DNA of 64,000 nucleotides, taken from contig OY782823.1 in assembly GCA_963678355.1 (NCBI GenBank), positions 1,056,800-1,120,799 on the forward strand. The letters run 5' to 3'. Positions 49,591 through 59,982 of this stretch are shown piece after piece. The notes under the pieces are model-generated. The model saw nothing but the letters and a program-made list of their open reading frames with translations, was not told the origin of the DNA and did not search any database. This stretch comes from Acholeplasmataceae bacterium. Lineage in GTDB: Bacteria > Bacillota_I > Bacilli_A > Acholeplasmatales > Acholeplasmataceae. A program made the position numbers and the translations under genes. Positions within the stretch are counted from its first letter, which is position 1; every line of letters starts with the position of its first letter.

Positions 49591-50699
49591 TTTTCATCTC
49601 TCCCTGAATAAATTTCTGCCACACGTTTAGAAATCTCTGAAATAATTTTAGGTCTTTCTACTTTAGGTGCTCTCTTATCAAGCAACCAAGTTTTTGCATA
49701 ATGTGTATTAGAGACTTTAAACATCGGTGGTTCTTTTACAAAATCAATCTTCATAGCATATTTATTTCTAGGTGCAAATGCATCTCCAATCACTTCATTA
49801 AATAGTGATGGTGGTGTACCTTCAATTGAATATAGGTCTTCATCTTTAACACCTAATTGTGGTAAAGATGATAATAATGCCCATGTATATGGATGTTGTG
49901 GATCATAGAAGATATCATCTGCTGTACCTAATTCTAGAATTTGACCAGCATACATAACAGCAACTCTATCCGCAATTTCAGCGACCACACCTAAGTCATG
50001 TGTAATGAAGATAACTGTAAATCCATATTCATCTTTAAGTGATTTAATAAGATCTAGAATTTGTGCTTGAATCGTAACGTCAAGCGCTGTTGTTGGTTCG
50101 TCACAGATCAGAATGTCAGGTTGACATGCAAGTGCAATCGCGATAACAACTCTTTGTCTCATCCCACCTGAATATTGAAATGGATAATCCTCAAAACGCT
50201 CTTCAGCGTGAGGAATACCAACTCTTTGAAGTAATTTAATAGCTTCTACTTTTGCTTCTTCTTTTTCTAATCCACGATGAAGTCTAATAACTTCAGTAAT
50301 TTGAGACCCAATACGTCTTAGTGGGTTAAGTGATGTCATAGGATCTTGAAAAATTGTAGCAATTCTCTTTCCTCTAATTGATAACCAATCTTCATTCGAA
50401 TGAAAATCTGTTAAATCAACACCTGCATATTCTATAGATCCATTGCTGATTTTACCATTTTCATCAAGCATACCAATTAAACATTTAGTTAAAACTGATT
50501 TACCTGAACCTGATTCACCAACAATAGCTATTGTTTCTTGTTTAAATATATCAAGTGATACATTTCTAATTGCAGTTAAATAATTTTTACGAACTTGAAA
50601 TTTCACTTCAAGGTTTTTAATAGAGATAATTTTATCTCCTTTTTTCAAATCACTGTTGAAAGTTAAAATTTGTTCTACTTCTTTATTGTTTTTATTCAT
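49587..50699 (-). CDS. oppD: Oligopeptide ABC transporter ATP-binding protein OppD
   Basis: Walker A GESGSGKSV, YSGGMRQR signature. 4-nt overlap with oppF. Confidence 0.85.
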   Translation of the reverse strand: MNKNNKEVEQILTFNSDLKKGDKIISIKNLEVKFQVRKNYLTAIRNVSLDIFKQETIAIVGESGSGKSVLTKCLIGMLDENGKISNGSIEYAGVDLTDFHSNEDWLSIRGKRIATIFQDPMTSLNPLRRIGSQITEVIRLHRGLEKEEAKVEAIKLLQRVGIPHAEERFEDYPFQYSGGMRQRVVIAIALACQPDILICDEPTTALDVTIQAQILDLIKSLKDEYGFTVIFITHDLGVVAEIADRVAVMYAGQILELGTADDIFYDPQHPYTWALLSSLPQLGVKDEDLYSIEGTPPSLFNEVIGDAFAPRNKYAMKIDFVKEPPMFKVSNTHYAKTWLLDKRAPKVERPKIISEISKRVAEIYSGRDEK

Positions 50700-50711
50700 A
50701 AATTTTACCTC

Positions 50712-51698
50712 CTAACGGTGTTTCTTCGGATCAAGTGCATCAGAAATCGACATACCTAATAAGAAGAATACGAAAATGACAAATGCTAATAATATCGCCG
50801 GTGCTAATAATTGGAATGGATAGGTAACAAAGTTAGCACGTCCTAAATCCAATAACGCCCCAATTGATATAGAACTTGATGGTAATCCTAGACCGAAGTA
50901 TGATAATGTTACTTCACTTGAAATCATATTTGGAATCGTAAGTGATGCTTCAGTTACGATAACACCTAATAGATAAGGCAGTAAATTTCTAAACATAATT
51001 CTATGTGATGGTGTACCTAAAGTTCTAGATGCGGTATTATATTCTCTATTACTAATAATAAGTACTTGATTTCTAACAAATCTCGCAAGACCTACCCAAC
51101 CAACAAGGGTTAGAGAGATCATTAATTTAATTTCGTTGCTGACTTCTGGGAATCTATATGAGAATACGAATGATAATAACATATAAATTAATAAACTTGG
51201 AATATTAACAACTAAGTTATATAATTCAACGAAAATTGGATCTAATCTTCTGAAATAACCCCAAATAAGACCAAAGATTGTACCGACAACAATAACGATG
51301 ACACTATTGATTAAAGCTAATCTTAAAGATAGTCCTGCACCTGCCCAAACCATGAAGAATAAATCACGGCCAGTGGCATCAGTACCCCATAAGTGAACAC
51401 TGTTTGGTGCGATATTTCTATTTGCTACATTAAATTCTAAGAATCCATCTGGCGTAAATAAAGGAATAATAATTGTACCTAAAACCAAAATTGCCAAAGT
51501 AACTAATGCAATCCATGAACTTGGTTTTCTAATAAATACTCTAAATACAGATTTAATATATGAATAAGGTTCAGCTAAAATCTTTTCTGATTTTAATGCA
51601 TCCAACTCAACAGGAACAAATAAATCATCCTCATTAACTTCAGGCACTTCTTTATTTAAAGAAAGATTATCAATTTGATTTTTAACTTCTTTTGCCAT
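50712..51698 (-). CDS. oppC: Oligopeptide ABC transporter permease OppC
   Basis: BPD-transport permease with long N-terminal extension. Adjacent to oppB. Confidence 0.8.
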   Translation of the reverse strand: MAKEVKNQIDNLSLNKEVPEVNEDDLFVPVELDALKSEKILAEPYSYIKSVFRVFIRKPSSWIALVTLAILVLGTIIIPLFTPDGFLEFNVANRNIAPNSVHLWGTDATGRDLFFMVWAGAGLSLRLALINSVIVIVVGTIFGLIWGYFRRLDPIFVELYNLVVNIPSLLIYMLLSFVFSYRFPEVSNEIKLMISLTLVGWVGLARFVRNQVLIISNREYNTASRTLGTPSHRIMFRNLLPYLLGVIVTEASLTIPNMISSEVTLSYFGLGLPSSSISIGALLDLGRANFVTYPFQLLAPAILLAFVIFVFFLLGMSISDALDPKKHR

Positions 51699-51699
51699 A

Positions 51700-52860
51700 T
51701 TAGATATCTCCCTTCTTAGCAGTTAATTTAATACGTGGATCATAAAGTGCAGTGACAATATCACCAAGTAAGAATGCTGACATTGATAAAATACCATAAA
51801 TGATTGTTAAACCTTGAATAACTGCAACATCTGGTCTCGTTGCACGAAGTGCAGAGATCATAAGGTTACCTGTACCAGGTATCTTCCAAATCATTTCAAC
51901 AAAATATGAACCAATAATTGATGCGATAAATACCGCAGGAATGTTTCTAATTAATGGTACTAATGCATTTTTAAGCACGTGTGTATACATAATTCTATTT
52001 TCTGATAAACCTTTAGATCTAGCGAATTTAACATAATCAGATGATAACTCATCAACCATGAAACGTCTTACCCAAAGTGAAGTACCAGGAATAGACAAGA
52101 ATACAATAGAGAATATTGGTGGTACTAAGGTTATCGGATTATTAGGATTATAGAAATAACTAAAATTTGCCCATCCAAAAGGTCCATCAGGTCTACCTAA
52201 TATATTATTCATTAATAAGAAAAATACCAATGCTGGAATAGCGTAGTTTAAGACAATAAACGCACTACCAATCTTATCAACTGTTCCACCAACTTTTTTA
52301 GCCATCGCTACCCCTAACGGATAACCTAAGGCATAAATAAAGACAACAGATGTTAATGAAATAAGCATGGAAATACCCATACGTTCACCAACTAAAACGG
52401 TAACTTCTTTATTCGTATCCATTGAGATACCTAAAAAAGATGTACCTTCCCAATAAGCAATTGGAGTAGTCCAAGTTAAATCCCAAATGATTGGAATACG
52501 TTTTGGAAAAGGAAGCACATTATATACATATGTCCCAATCGTACTTAATACGGATACTGGTTCTCCTTCTAGTGTATATCTACCATAAAGAAATAATTGT
52601 CTTGCTTTATATGCTTCTGCTGCAACCTGACTTTGACCAGCTAATTTATTGTATGCGTTAATATCATATAACTGACTATCTGGAATAGCACGGATCAAAG
52701 TGATAACTACAGCGATTAATAGTATTAATGTGATTAAAGAACTCCCAATACGTCTTAATATGTAAAGGGTTGTTTCACTCGTAAAAAAACGCTTAATAGC
52801 ATTCCATACTTTAGCGAAAATTTCGATGATTCGATTCTTTTGTTCAATGTTTTGATTCAT
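51700..52860 (-). CDS. oppB: Oligopeptide ABC transporter permease OppB
   Basis: 386 aa permease with large extracytoplasmic loop, typical of Mollicutes/Firmicutes OppB. Confidence 0.8.
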   Translation of the reverse strand: MNQNIEQKNRIIEIFAKVWNAIKRFFTSETTLYILRRIGSSLITLILLIAVVITLIRAIPDSQLYDINAYNKLAGQSQVAAEAYKARQLFLYGRYTLEGEPVSVLSTIGTYVYNVLPFPKRIPIIWDLTWTTPIAYWEGTSFLGISMDTNKEVTVLVGERMGISMLISLTSVVFIYALGYPLGVAMAKKVGGTVDKIGSAFIVLNYAIPALVFFLLMNNILGRPDGPFGWANFSYFYNPNNPITLVPPIFSIVFLSIPGTSLWVRRFMVDELSSDYVKFARSKGLSENRIMYTHVLKNALVPLIRNIPAVFIASIIGSYFVEMIWKIPGTGNLMISALRATRPDVAVIQGLTIIYGILSMSAFLLGDIVTALYDPRIKLTAKKGDI

Positions 52861-52949
52861 TATTTATTAGCCTCTTTCTCATATAATATTTCATAAAATA
52901 AATTGCATGTTTAGTGAAGTTATATCTTATGAAATAACAAGATATAATA

Positions 52950-52971
52950 GGGAACAAGACAATTGTTCCCC
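52950..52971 (-). terminator. Intercistronic hairpin between oppA and oppB (partial terminator/attenuator)
   Basis: gggaacaagacaattgttcccc perfect 8-bp stem followed by a U-rich stretch on the minus strand. Confidence 0.5.
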
Positions 52972-53003
52972 ATTACTATCTTATTAATTGTATTTATTTA
53001 TTC

Positions 53004-55154
53004 TTATGCGTTAGCTTCGTAATCAGCTACAACAGCAGCTCTTAACTCTTGAGTCATTGGAGTTGCAGAAACAATAATGTTTTTGAACTTATCTGAAGTT
53101 AAACCATAAGCAGCTTTACCTTTTTGGTAAGGAATTACTTTAGAAACTACTGGACTAATTGAAGTTGTAGTTCTCCAAGGAATAATGATTGCAGATACGA
53201 AGATTGCATCATATTCTGCTAATGCTTCAGCAGCATATCTTTCATCAGTTCTTGTTGGGTCAGTAATTGCTACAGCAGCTTCGTATAAGTCACGGTAAGA
53301 ACCCATAACTTCTTCAGCGATTGCATCTTTAGCAGCTTGAGAAGCTTCGTCACCAACTAAACCATATTGTTCGTAGAAATCACCTTCGATAGTGATTGTA
53401 TGTAAGTAAGTTTTTGGATCGGCATAGTCAGGACCCCAACCACCACCAAATGATAAGTCATAGTTTGAAGTAACCCAAGTCCATTCAGATCTTAATGCAT
53501 CTGATGAAGCAACGTTAAATCTTACATCAACGATTGGATTATCACTATCTGGACCAACTGCGTCTAAGATAGCATCGAACATAGCTTTTTCATATGCTTC
53601 AACTGTAACACTTCTTGATGCTACATAGTCAATTGTAATAGGGAAATCTGATTCAGCAAGACCGTCAGCTAATAATGCAGCTTTTGCATCTTCAAAATAT
53701 TGAACAGCTTTAGCGATATCATAAACAGCATCTTCACCTTGGATTGAACCTGATAGAGATACACCTGAAGTACCTTGAGCAGCATTGTAAGCTTCATCAA
53801 CATAGTCAGCATAATCTTTACCATTATATGCAGTTAATTCACGGTTAGTATAACCTCTCATTAATAACATTGATGGATCTGGTGCAGAAGCCATTCTAGC
53901 AATGAAATCCATACCATAAGTGAAACCTAATCTGAAGTCAGCATTTAAGATTGCAGCTTTAGTAGCAGCTTGTTGTGCAGCTGTTTTAGCTGGAACATCA
54001 GCACCGTTCTTAGTAAAGTCTGAACCATAATCATAAGTATCACGATCAAAGTTCCATACACCAGCGTATACAACATCACCAATTGTTAATACACCGTTAG
54101 TTTCAACGTTTGCAGGGTTTGCAACTGTACCAGTACCATCAGCACCAGTAACATATTTTTCCCATCCAGCTTCATCATCTTGGCTTACTGTGAAACCATC
54201 GATTAAGTCAGCTTCATACCATTCACGTAATGTAGATGGTGTTGCAGCATTTGGAACATATGTTAAGTTAACATAGTCTACATATACATGATCGTAATCA
54301 TAATAGTAACCATTTTTAACCATTTCGAATTTGTTTTCAAATACGTGACTTGTAATTCTAAATGCACCGTTAACTAAGATATAGTTTTCAGTAACACCGA
54401 ATGCAGTACCAACTTGTGCTAAATAATCAGCGTTTGCTGGTAAGAATGGTGAATAAGTTAATGCTGATAAGAAGTAAGGTGCTGGTTCAGTTAAAGTATA
54501 TTCTACTTCATATTTAGAAACAGCCTTAATACCAACGTTAGCAAAATCAGCTTCTTCACCTGCAGCTAATGCATCAAAGTATTCTCCTGAACCTTTAATA
54601 AATCCAGTAACAATAGTAGATGTTTGAGAACCGTTAAGTGGATTTAGAACATATTCTAAACCAGTAACGAAGTCTTGTGCAGTAACTTCTGCAAATGGTT
54701 CACCAGTTAAGTTATCAACCCATTGAACACCTTCTTTTAATTGGAAAGTGTAAACTTGATCCCCGTCTGCATTTTCAGACACTTTATAACCTACTGCTAA
54801 AGCTCCAACAATGGCACCATATTTGTCGTTTTCTACTAAACCATCAACCATGTTAGTATAGAACATTGAATTCCATTGTGAGTTTGCTGTTAGGTAATTG
54901 AATTTTTCTTCAGTTACTTCTGATGTGTAATATGTATTGTAAGTATCAGCAACTTCGAATTCTTCATCTCCAACCTTATATACTCCGTCTTCCACAAGTG
55001 GATTAGAGTATTCATTAGCTAATGATGTATAACCATCAGCAAGCGCAGTTTCTTGATCATACATTTTTTCAATTGCTGATCCGCTACCGCCGCCACATGC
55101 CACTAGGACAAATGCTGCTAGTAATACAACTAAGATACTAAAAAATTTCTTCAT
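53004..55154 (-). CDS. oppA: Oligopeptide ABC transporter substrate-binding lipoprotein OppA (large, 716 aa)
   Basis: Signal peptide plus lipobox LVACGGGSGS. SBP family-5 features. First gene of the opp operon. Confidence 0.75.
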   Translation of the reverse strand: MKKFFSILVVLLAAFVLVACGGGSGSAIEKMYDQETALADGYTSLANEYSNPLVEDGVYKVGDEEFEVADTYNTYYTSEVTEEKFNYLTANSQWNSMFYTNMVDGLVENDKYGAIVGALAVGYKVSENADGDQVYTFQLKEGVQWVDNLTGEPFAEVTAQDFVTGLEYVLNPLNGSQTSTIVTGFIKGSGEYFDALAAGEEADFANVGIKAVSKYEVEYTLTEPAPYFLSALTYSPFLPANADYLAQVGTAFGVTENYILVNGAFRITSHVFENKFEMVKNGYYYDYDHVYVDYVNLTYVPNAATPSTLREWYEADLIDGFTVSQDDEAGWEKYVTGADGTGTVANPANVETNGVLTIGDVVYAGVWNFDRDTYDYGSDFTKNGADVPAKTAAQQAATKAAILNADFRLGFTYGMDFIARMASAPDPSMLLMRGYTNRELTAYNGKDYADYVDEAYNAAQGTSGVSLSGSIQGEDAVYDIAKAVQYFEDAKAALLADGLAESDFPITIDYVASRSVTVEAYEKAMFDAILDAVGPDSDNPIVDVRFNVASSDALRSEWTWVTSNYDLSFGGGWGPDYADPKTYLHTITIEGDFYEQYGLVGDEASQAAKDAIAEEVMGSYRDLYEAAVAITDPTRTDERYAAEALAEYDAIFVSAIIIPWRTTTSISPVVSKVIPYQKGKAAYGLTSDKFKNIIVSATPMTQELRAAVVADYEANA

Positions 55155-55603
55155 TCTCTTCCTCCTAAGATTTTAAATCCATTATCTCTCCAATAATGAT
55201 TTTAATTTATTATACTTAAGTAAAAATCACATGTCAATGAGAAAGTACAATTTAATGGTTAAAATTGCCAATGATAACGCTTTCTATACAGCAAAGTCAT
55301 TTTTTTGGTGTATTTTTTCCAAAAAATTATGTTTATTTTTAAAAAAAGTACAGTATCTCATCCATATTAAATCCGAATTATACGATGTTTTTAACAGAAA
55401 ATCAATTGTAAATATATTAATATATTTTCAATATAAGCTAATAAAGAGCTTCTTATATTGTAATATTCATCAGTATCTTCAAAGCAAATTCTTACATATC
55501 CCTATTTTTTACAAAACATATGTAAAAAAAAGTCTAATGCTTAAAGCACTAGACTTGGTCACTATTTTTTAAAGATGTATAAAATATTGTGTGGTAGAAG
55601 ATA

Positions 55604-57154
55604 GGCTTTAAAAAATAGTGTGGTATACCACCTAATTTTGGAAAGCTCTATTTTTTTGTATAAAAAAGAAACCCTGTCTTATACTATAGTTAACTGTCAT
55701 AACTTAAAGAAAGGAGGGTTTCATGGATTATGATACCATAAATATATTACATCTAGAAACAATTAGAGACAAGATTCAATTATTAGAAACGAGATTTGAA
55801 GAAAACCAATTAATCATAGAATTACGATTTTATAAACAAGAAATGATCTGCCCAGTATGTGGATCTGATCACATTAAATTTCATCGCTATTTATATAAAC
55901 ATATTATTCATTCAATCTCCACACATCAAAAAAATATGATTAGATTACATCAAAGAAGGTACCAATGCAAGGTATGTAAGAAAACATTTAGTGAATCAAA
56001 TCCATTATCGAATAGCAATGAAAATATTAGTTTGTATACTAAGATATCAATATTAAATTATTTAAAAGATTATAACCATACCTTCACATCAGCAGCAAAA
56101 CATTACTACATATCTATTCAGTCAGTTATTAATATATTTGATTCATATGTAGAATCGAAAAGACGAAAGTTACCTAAAGTCATCAATATTGATGAAGTCT
56201 TCACTTCTAGAACACATGATTATAAATACGCATGTGTGTTATATGATTTTATAGACAAGAAAATCATTGATGTCTTACCAACCAGACATAAAAACTACTT
56301 GATTAGATATTTCTCTAGAATACCTAAAAATGAGTTAGATCAAGTTGAAGTGGTGGTGATGGATATGTGGACTTCCTATAAGGAAGTCGTGAATCTATGT
56401 ATCCCAAAAGCAAAGATAGCTGTTGATTCATTTCATTTGATCAGAACGCTTAATGAAATCATTAAACGTCTTAGAATTGACATGATGCATAAATACAAGC
56501 AAGACAAAAGTAAACCTGTACATGAAGATATGTATTATTACATGTTAAAAAAATTTCATTACTTCTTCGTTAAAAACTATGAAGATATCTATGATGGTAA
56601 GATTAAGATTCATAAGACTGGCCAGTACTGGCATAAATCAGATATCCTTCATTATCTATTATCCATTGATGATGATTTAAAAGAAGCCTATATGTTAAAA
56701 GAACGGTATCGAGAATTTAATTTAACAGCCGCCTATGATACGTGTGATGATGAGTTAAACAACTTAATCCATCAATTTAGAAATCATAAAATCAAAGCAC
56801 TGCGATCATTTGGCAAGACACTCATTAATTGGAGAGATGAAATTAAGAATTCATTTTTAGTCTATGACAGTCGAAGAATATCAAATGGGCCTATAGAATC
56901 TGTTAACAATAAAATCAAAACTGTGATTAAGACATCTAATGGTATAAAGTCATTTAATAGACTCAGGAATAAGATTATGTATTCAATCAATAAAGACGTT
57001 CCAATTAAAAACAAATAAATAGAATAGTTATGGCAGATAAAAAGGCACTCGTCTGAGTGCCTTTACATTACCACATAATTTTAGAGAGGTCACATTGACC
57101 ACACTATTTTGGAAAGGTCTATTTGGTGTTTACCACACTATTTTTTAAAGACCC
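55604..57154 (+). mobile_element. ISL3-family insertion sequence (~1.55 kb)
   Basis: Left end GGCTTTAAAAAATAGTGTGGTATACC (55604-). Right end reverse complement GGGTCTTTAAAAAATAGTGTGGTAAACACC (ending 57154). About 24/26 identical inverted repeats. Single transposase ORF. Confidence 0.75.
55723..57018 (+). CDS. ISL3-family transposase
   Basis: 431 aa. N-terminal zinc-finger (CPVCGS...C..C) and DDE_Tnp_ISL3 core. GGAGGG RBS. Confidence 0.9.
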   Translation: MDYDTINILHLETIRDKIQLLETRFEENQLIIELRFYKQEMICPVCGSDHIKFHRYLYKHIIHSISTHQKNMIRLHQRRYQCKVCKKTFSESNPLSNSNENISLYTKISILNYLKDYNHTFTSAAKHYYISIQSVINIFDSYVESKRRKLPKVINIDEVFTSRTHDYKYACVLYDFIDKKIIDVLPTRHKNYLIRYFSRIPKNELDQVEVVVMDMWTSYKEVVNLCIPKAKIAVDSFHLIRTLNEIIKRLRIDMMHKYKQDKSKPVHEDMYYYMLKKFHYFFVKNYEDIYDGKIKIHKTGQYWHKSDILHYLLSIDDDLKEAYMLKERYREFNLTAAYDTCDDELNNLIHQFRNHKIKALRSFGKTLINWRDEIKNSFLVYDSRRISNGPIESVNNKIKTVIKTSNGIKSFNRLRNKIMYSINKDVPIKNK

Positions 57155-57205
57155 TTTTTTAATTGTTTTTTCATAACATTAATAAAATGCGACATACGCA
57201 TCTCT

Positions 57206-57550
57206 TTAATTTGAATTATTAATCATTTTATCTATGATTTCTTTCATGTATTCCCAATCCCTAATTTTGGTTTGAAGTAATGTTTTTCCTTTGGTGGTTA
57301 TCGCATAGTATTTTCTTTTCTTACTAGAATCACTTTCAACCCAATAAGATGTTAAATAACCATATTGAACTAATCTTTTGAAACTGGTGTAAAGCGTTGC
57401 TTCTGTAAGATTGAAATTTCCTTCAGTCAATGCTTCTATACGTTTATTTATTTCATATCCATATGAATCTTTTTCGTTAATTATACTTAATAAGATCATA
57501 TCAGTATGTCCCCTTAAAGCATCACCGTTTAAATTCATTCTCTTTTCCAA
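57206..57550 (-). CDS. PadR-family transcriptional regulator
   Basis: 114 aa. Winged-helix PadR signature (GYEI...I..L..GY). Confidence 0.8.
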   Translation of the reverse strand: MEKRMNLNGDALRGHTDMILLSIINEKDSYGYEINKRIEALTEGNFNLTEATLYTSFKRLVQYGYLTSYWVESDSSKKRKYYAITTKGKTLLQTKIRDWEYMKEIIDKMINNSN

Positions 57551-58659
57551 TCTCTAATGTAATCTATAAATAAAATAATTACAAACAATATACCCCATAT
57601 TAAGTAAAATGGTGCAATAATACTTTCTGTGACTTGGATATTATCCGCAATATAACATATTAACAATACTGCGATTGAAACAAAGATATTAAATATCGGT
57701 AATATCTTACGATACTTGATGATTTTAAATAAATTAAGTATAGTAACAGTCAAATAAAGAACTATCAATATGCCTTCTAATATAACTATAAACCTAACTA
57801 TATTTCTTTGATAGAAAACATAAGTACGTAACGTATGGGTCAAATCATAGATAAGGAAAATAATAGCTAAACCATTTAATACAGGATAAAAATATTTACT
57901 ATTAAAAATTCTTTTTCTCTCATATGACTTATTTGATAAAAAGTTTTTTGCCTTCATGCCTATTGATTCAACATCATCTTGACCTGATAATTCTCTATAT
58001 TTTCTCATTAACTTTCGATATATCAATATAAATATTGATCCAATGATAGCAAGTATGATAACGAAAACACCGGCTGAAAATAAATAGATTGCATACAGAT
58101 CATCAATATCTATACTACTTAAAGTATCAGCAATAGTGATTGTTATTAACATACTATAAATTATCGAAGTAATCATTAGAGATAAAGATAGTGCCCAAAA
58201 TGTGAAATTTGTTTTCATATAAGAAAATGTCTTATTTAAAAACAACTGATATTTATCAATATCATATTCTTCTCTTTCTGAAAATTTGCTTAATTGATAT
58301 AGGTATACTGCACCTACTGCATATAATGTAATACTTATACCAACTATAACGATACCGACAACGTTACTAATCATTGTAGCAATTAAACCAATCACTGATA
58401 AAATCGTAGCAGAAATAAGCATCATTTCCGCGATTTCTGGCTTATATGATGCTTCACTTGATTCTTCTTCTATGAAGTCGCCAATTGTCTTAATTGTTTC
58501 AATATAAGCAAACTCTTTATCACTAGTTTTTTGATAAAGTTCATCGTATCTCTCAGATAAATTCGAGATAATCTCTTCACTCTTTTCTAGATGATCTTTC
58601 GATCTATCATTTCTTAGTTTAAAATTTACATAATCTCTTATTTTATTATACATAGCCAT
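57535..58659 (-). CDS. Membrane protein with N-terminal HAAS/DUF1700-like domain (PadR-associated sensor)
   Basis: 374 aa. Soluble helical N-terminus (~75 aa) followed by about 6 TM helices. 16-nt overlap with the downstream padR, the typical PadR-HAAS pair arrangement. Confidence 0.5.
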   Translation of the reverse strand: MAMYNKIRDYVNFKLRNDRSKDHLEKSEEIISNLSERYDELYQKTSDKEFAYIETIKTIGDFIEEESSEASYKPEIAEMMLISATILSVIGLIATMISNVVGIVIVGISITLYAVGAVYLYQLSKFSEREEYDIDKYQLFLNKTFSYMKTNFTFWALSLSLMITSIIYSMLITITIADTLSSIDIDDLYAIYLFSAGVFVIILAIIGSIFILIYRKLMRKYRELSGQDDVESIGMKAKNFLSNKSYERKRIFNSKYFYPVLNGLAIIFLIYDLTHTLRTYVFYQRNIVRFIVILEGILIVLYLTVTILNLFKIIKYRKILPIFNIFVSIAVLLICYIADNIQVTESIIAPFYLIWGILFVIILFIDYIRDWKRE

Positions 58660-58795
58660 TCCCCTTACCTAATCTGTTTAGGTATATTATATATTTATAA
58701 ACAAAATCTGTCAATATAGTAAATATATTTATCCCATAGAAAAAAGTATCTTATTACTACCAGACTTCGAAATACACCGTATTATAAAAAGAAAA

Positions 58796-58832
58796 AAGGT
58801 TTGATACAATCGCATCAAACCTATGTTTTTAA
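58796..58832 (-). terminator. Terminator downstream of the abiE module (bidirectional T-runs)
   Basis: ggtttgatacaatcgcatcaaacc hairpin flanked by A6 and T5. Confidence 0.5.
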
Positions 58833-58980
58833 TTTGAGTTGTATGACCTATTTTGATACAAACTTGTTTTTTGCGATACGCCATCTCATATATTGTTGGC
58901 TTATCATTGTTGCAAAGGTAAATTTGCATTCAAACTTGGTACAAAATCGGTCCATCATCACCTATTATTTGATGCTTGTA

Positions 58981-59982
58981 TCAACCGTTGATTTGCTTTT
59001 CCAATTTCCTAAGAGAATCCATTATCTCATTAAATGAGGGTTTATCCCCAAACAACATATCTTGCATCGCTTTATAATCTTTTTCAAGTTCATCAATGCG
59101 ATACTTATCAGGAACAAGTTTTAATGTTCCTTTCTTAGCTAAATCATATCTTGCCCATCCTCTTGGATAGAATTTCTTTTTAAATTCAACTACTTTATCA
59201 AGGAGATCAATATCTTCTAGCAGACCATCTAACGGCTTGCCTTTATACATCATATACAAATCATAGTAATGCCTTGAATATCGGTCAGGAATCTTTGATG
59301 ACCTCGGACGATATGCCTCATGATGAAGTATAGTTGCTTTCTCCCAAAACGTTCTTGTTGGTTTCACTGTAAGCACTTCTGAAAATGATTGATTCATGAC
59401 ATTAGGATAATAATCATCGATGTATGGACTAACTCTAATAACCTCTGATGGTGTCCACGCTGCCAGTGGTCCAAACTCGAGTCTTATCGTATTCAAGATT
59501 GAATAATTATTATACAACCTTGGATACTTAAAGACAATTATGTTTTCCTCAGCTTTATCGCATTCCATATCCACATCAAATCCTAGCAAATCACTTAATC
59601 CTGATTTGATTTCATCGAGTAGAGTGTTTTTTATAAATGCTGCAGCTTTCTTATTAATCGCTTGATTGTACCTATTTTGTTGAGTATTACTTCTATTCTC
59701 ATAAGGTTCATTTTCAGGAATACTAAAAACAGTCCAATCTAGTATTAGGTCAATATCTTCTGAAAATCTTTTGATCAGAGAATATCCTTTTGATAAACTA
59801 GTTCCACCTTTGAATGTGAATGCTTTCTTAAATTTTGATTTATTGAATAGGTAATCTAGTACTAATACAACCCAAAAGTCCTTTTCAATAATTGCTTCAT
59901 TCACTTTCATTTTATTAGCTGTGTTTCTAAATATCAATTCGCGTTCTTTATCCTTCAATTTGGCTAATTCATACATGTTCAC
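58981..59982 (-). CDS. AbiEii/AbiGii-family nucleotidyltransferase toxin (type IV TA / abortive infection)
   Basis: 333 aa. FKGGTSLSKGY...RFSEDIDL motif of the DUF1814/AbiEii nucleotidyltransferase fold. Confidence 0.8.
   Translation of the reverse strand: MNMYELAKLKDKERELIFRNTANKMKVNEAIIEKDFWVVLVLDYLFNKSKFKKAFTFKGGTSLSKGYSLIKRFSEDIDLILDWTVFSIPENEPYENRSNTQQNRYNQAINKKAAAFIKNTLLDEIKSGLSDLLGFDVDMECDKAEENIIVFKYPRLYNNYSILNTIRLEFGPLAAWTPSEVIRVSPYIDDYYPNVMNQSFSEVLTVKPTRTFWEKATILHHEAYRPRSSKIPDRYSRHYYDLYMMYKGKPLDGLLEDIDLLDKVVEFKKKFYPRGWARYDLAKKGTLKLVPDKYRIDELEKDYKAMQDMLFGDKPSFNEIMDSLRKLEKQING

Noticed and set aside
55231-55572. 113-aa ORF in the oppA upstream region
   Set aside because: Low-complexity AT-rich sequence with no RBS. 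Lies in the promoter/intergenic region containing a hairpin and ISL3-end remnants.
58729-59037. Two small overlapping ORFs (66 and 78 aa) between the HAAS gene and abiEii
   Set aside because: Intergenic, low-complexity, no RBS. The region contains the terminator hairpin and repeated motifs.
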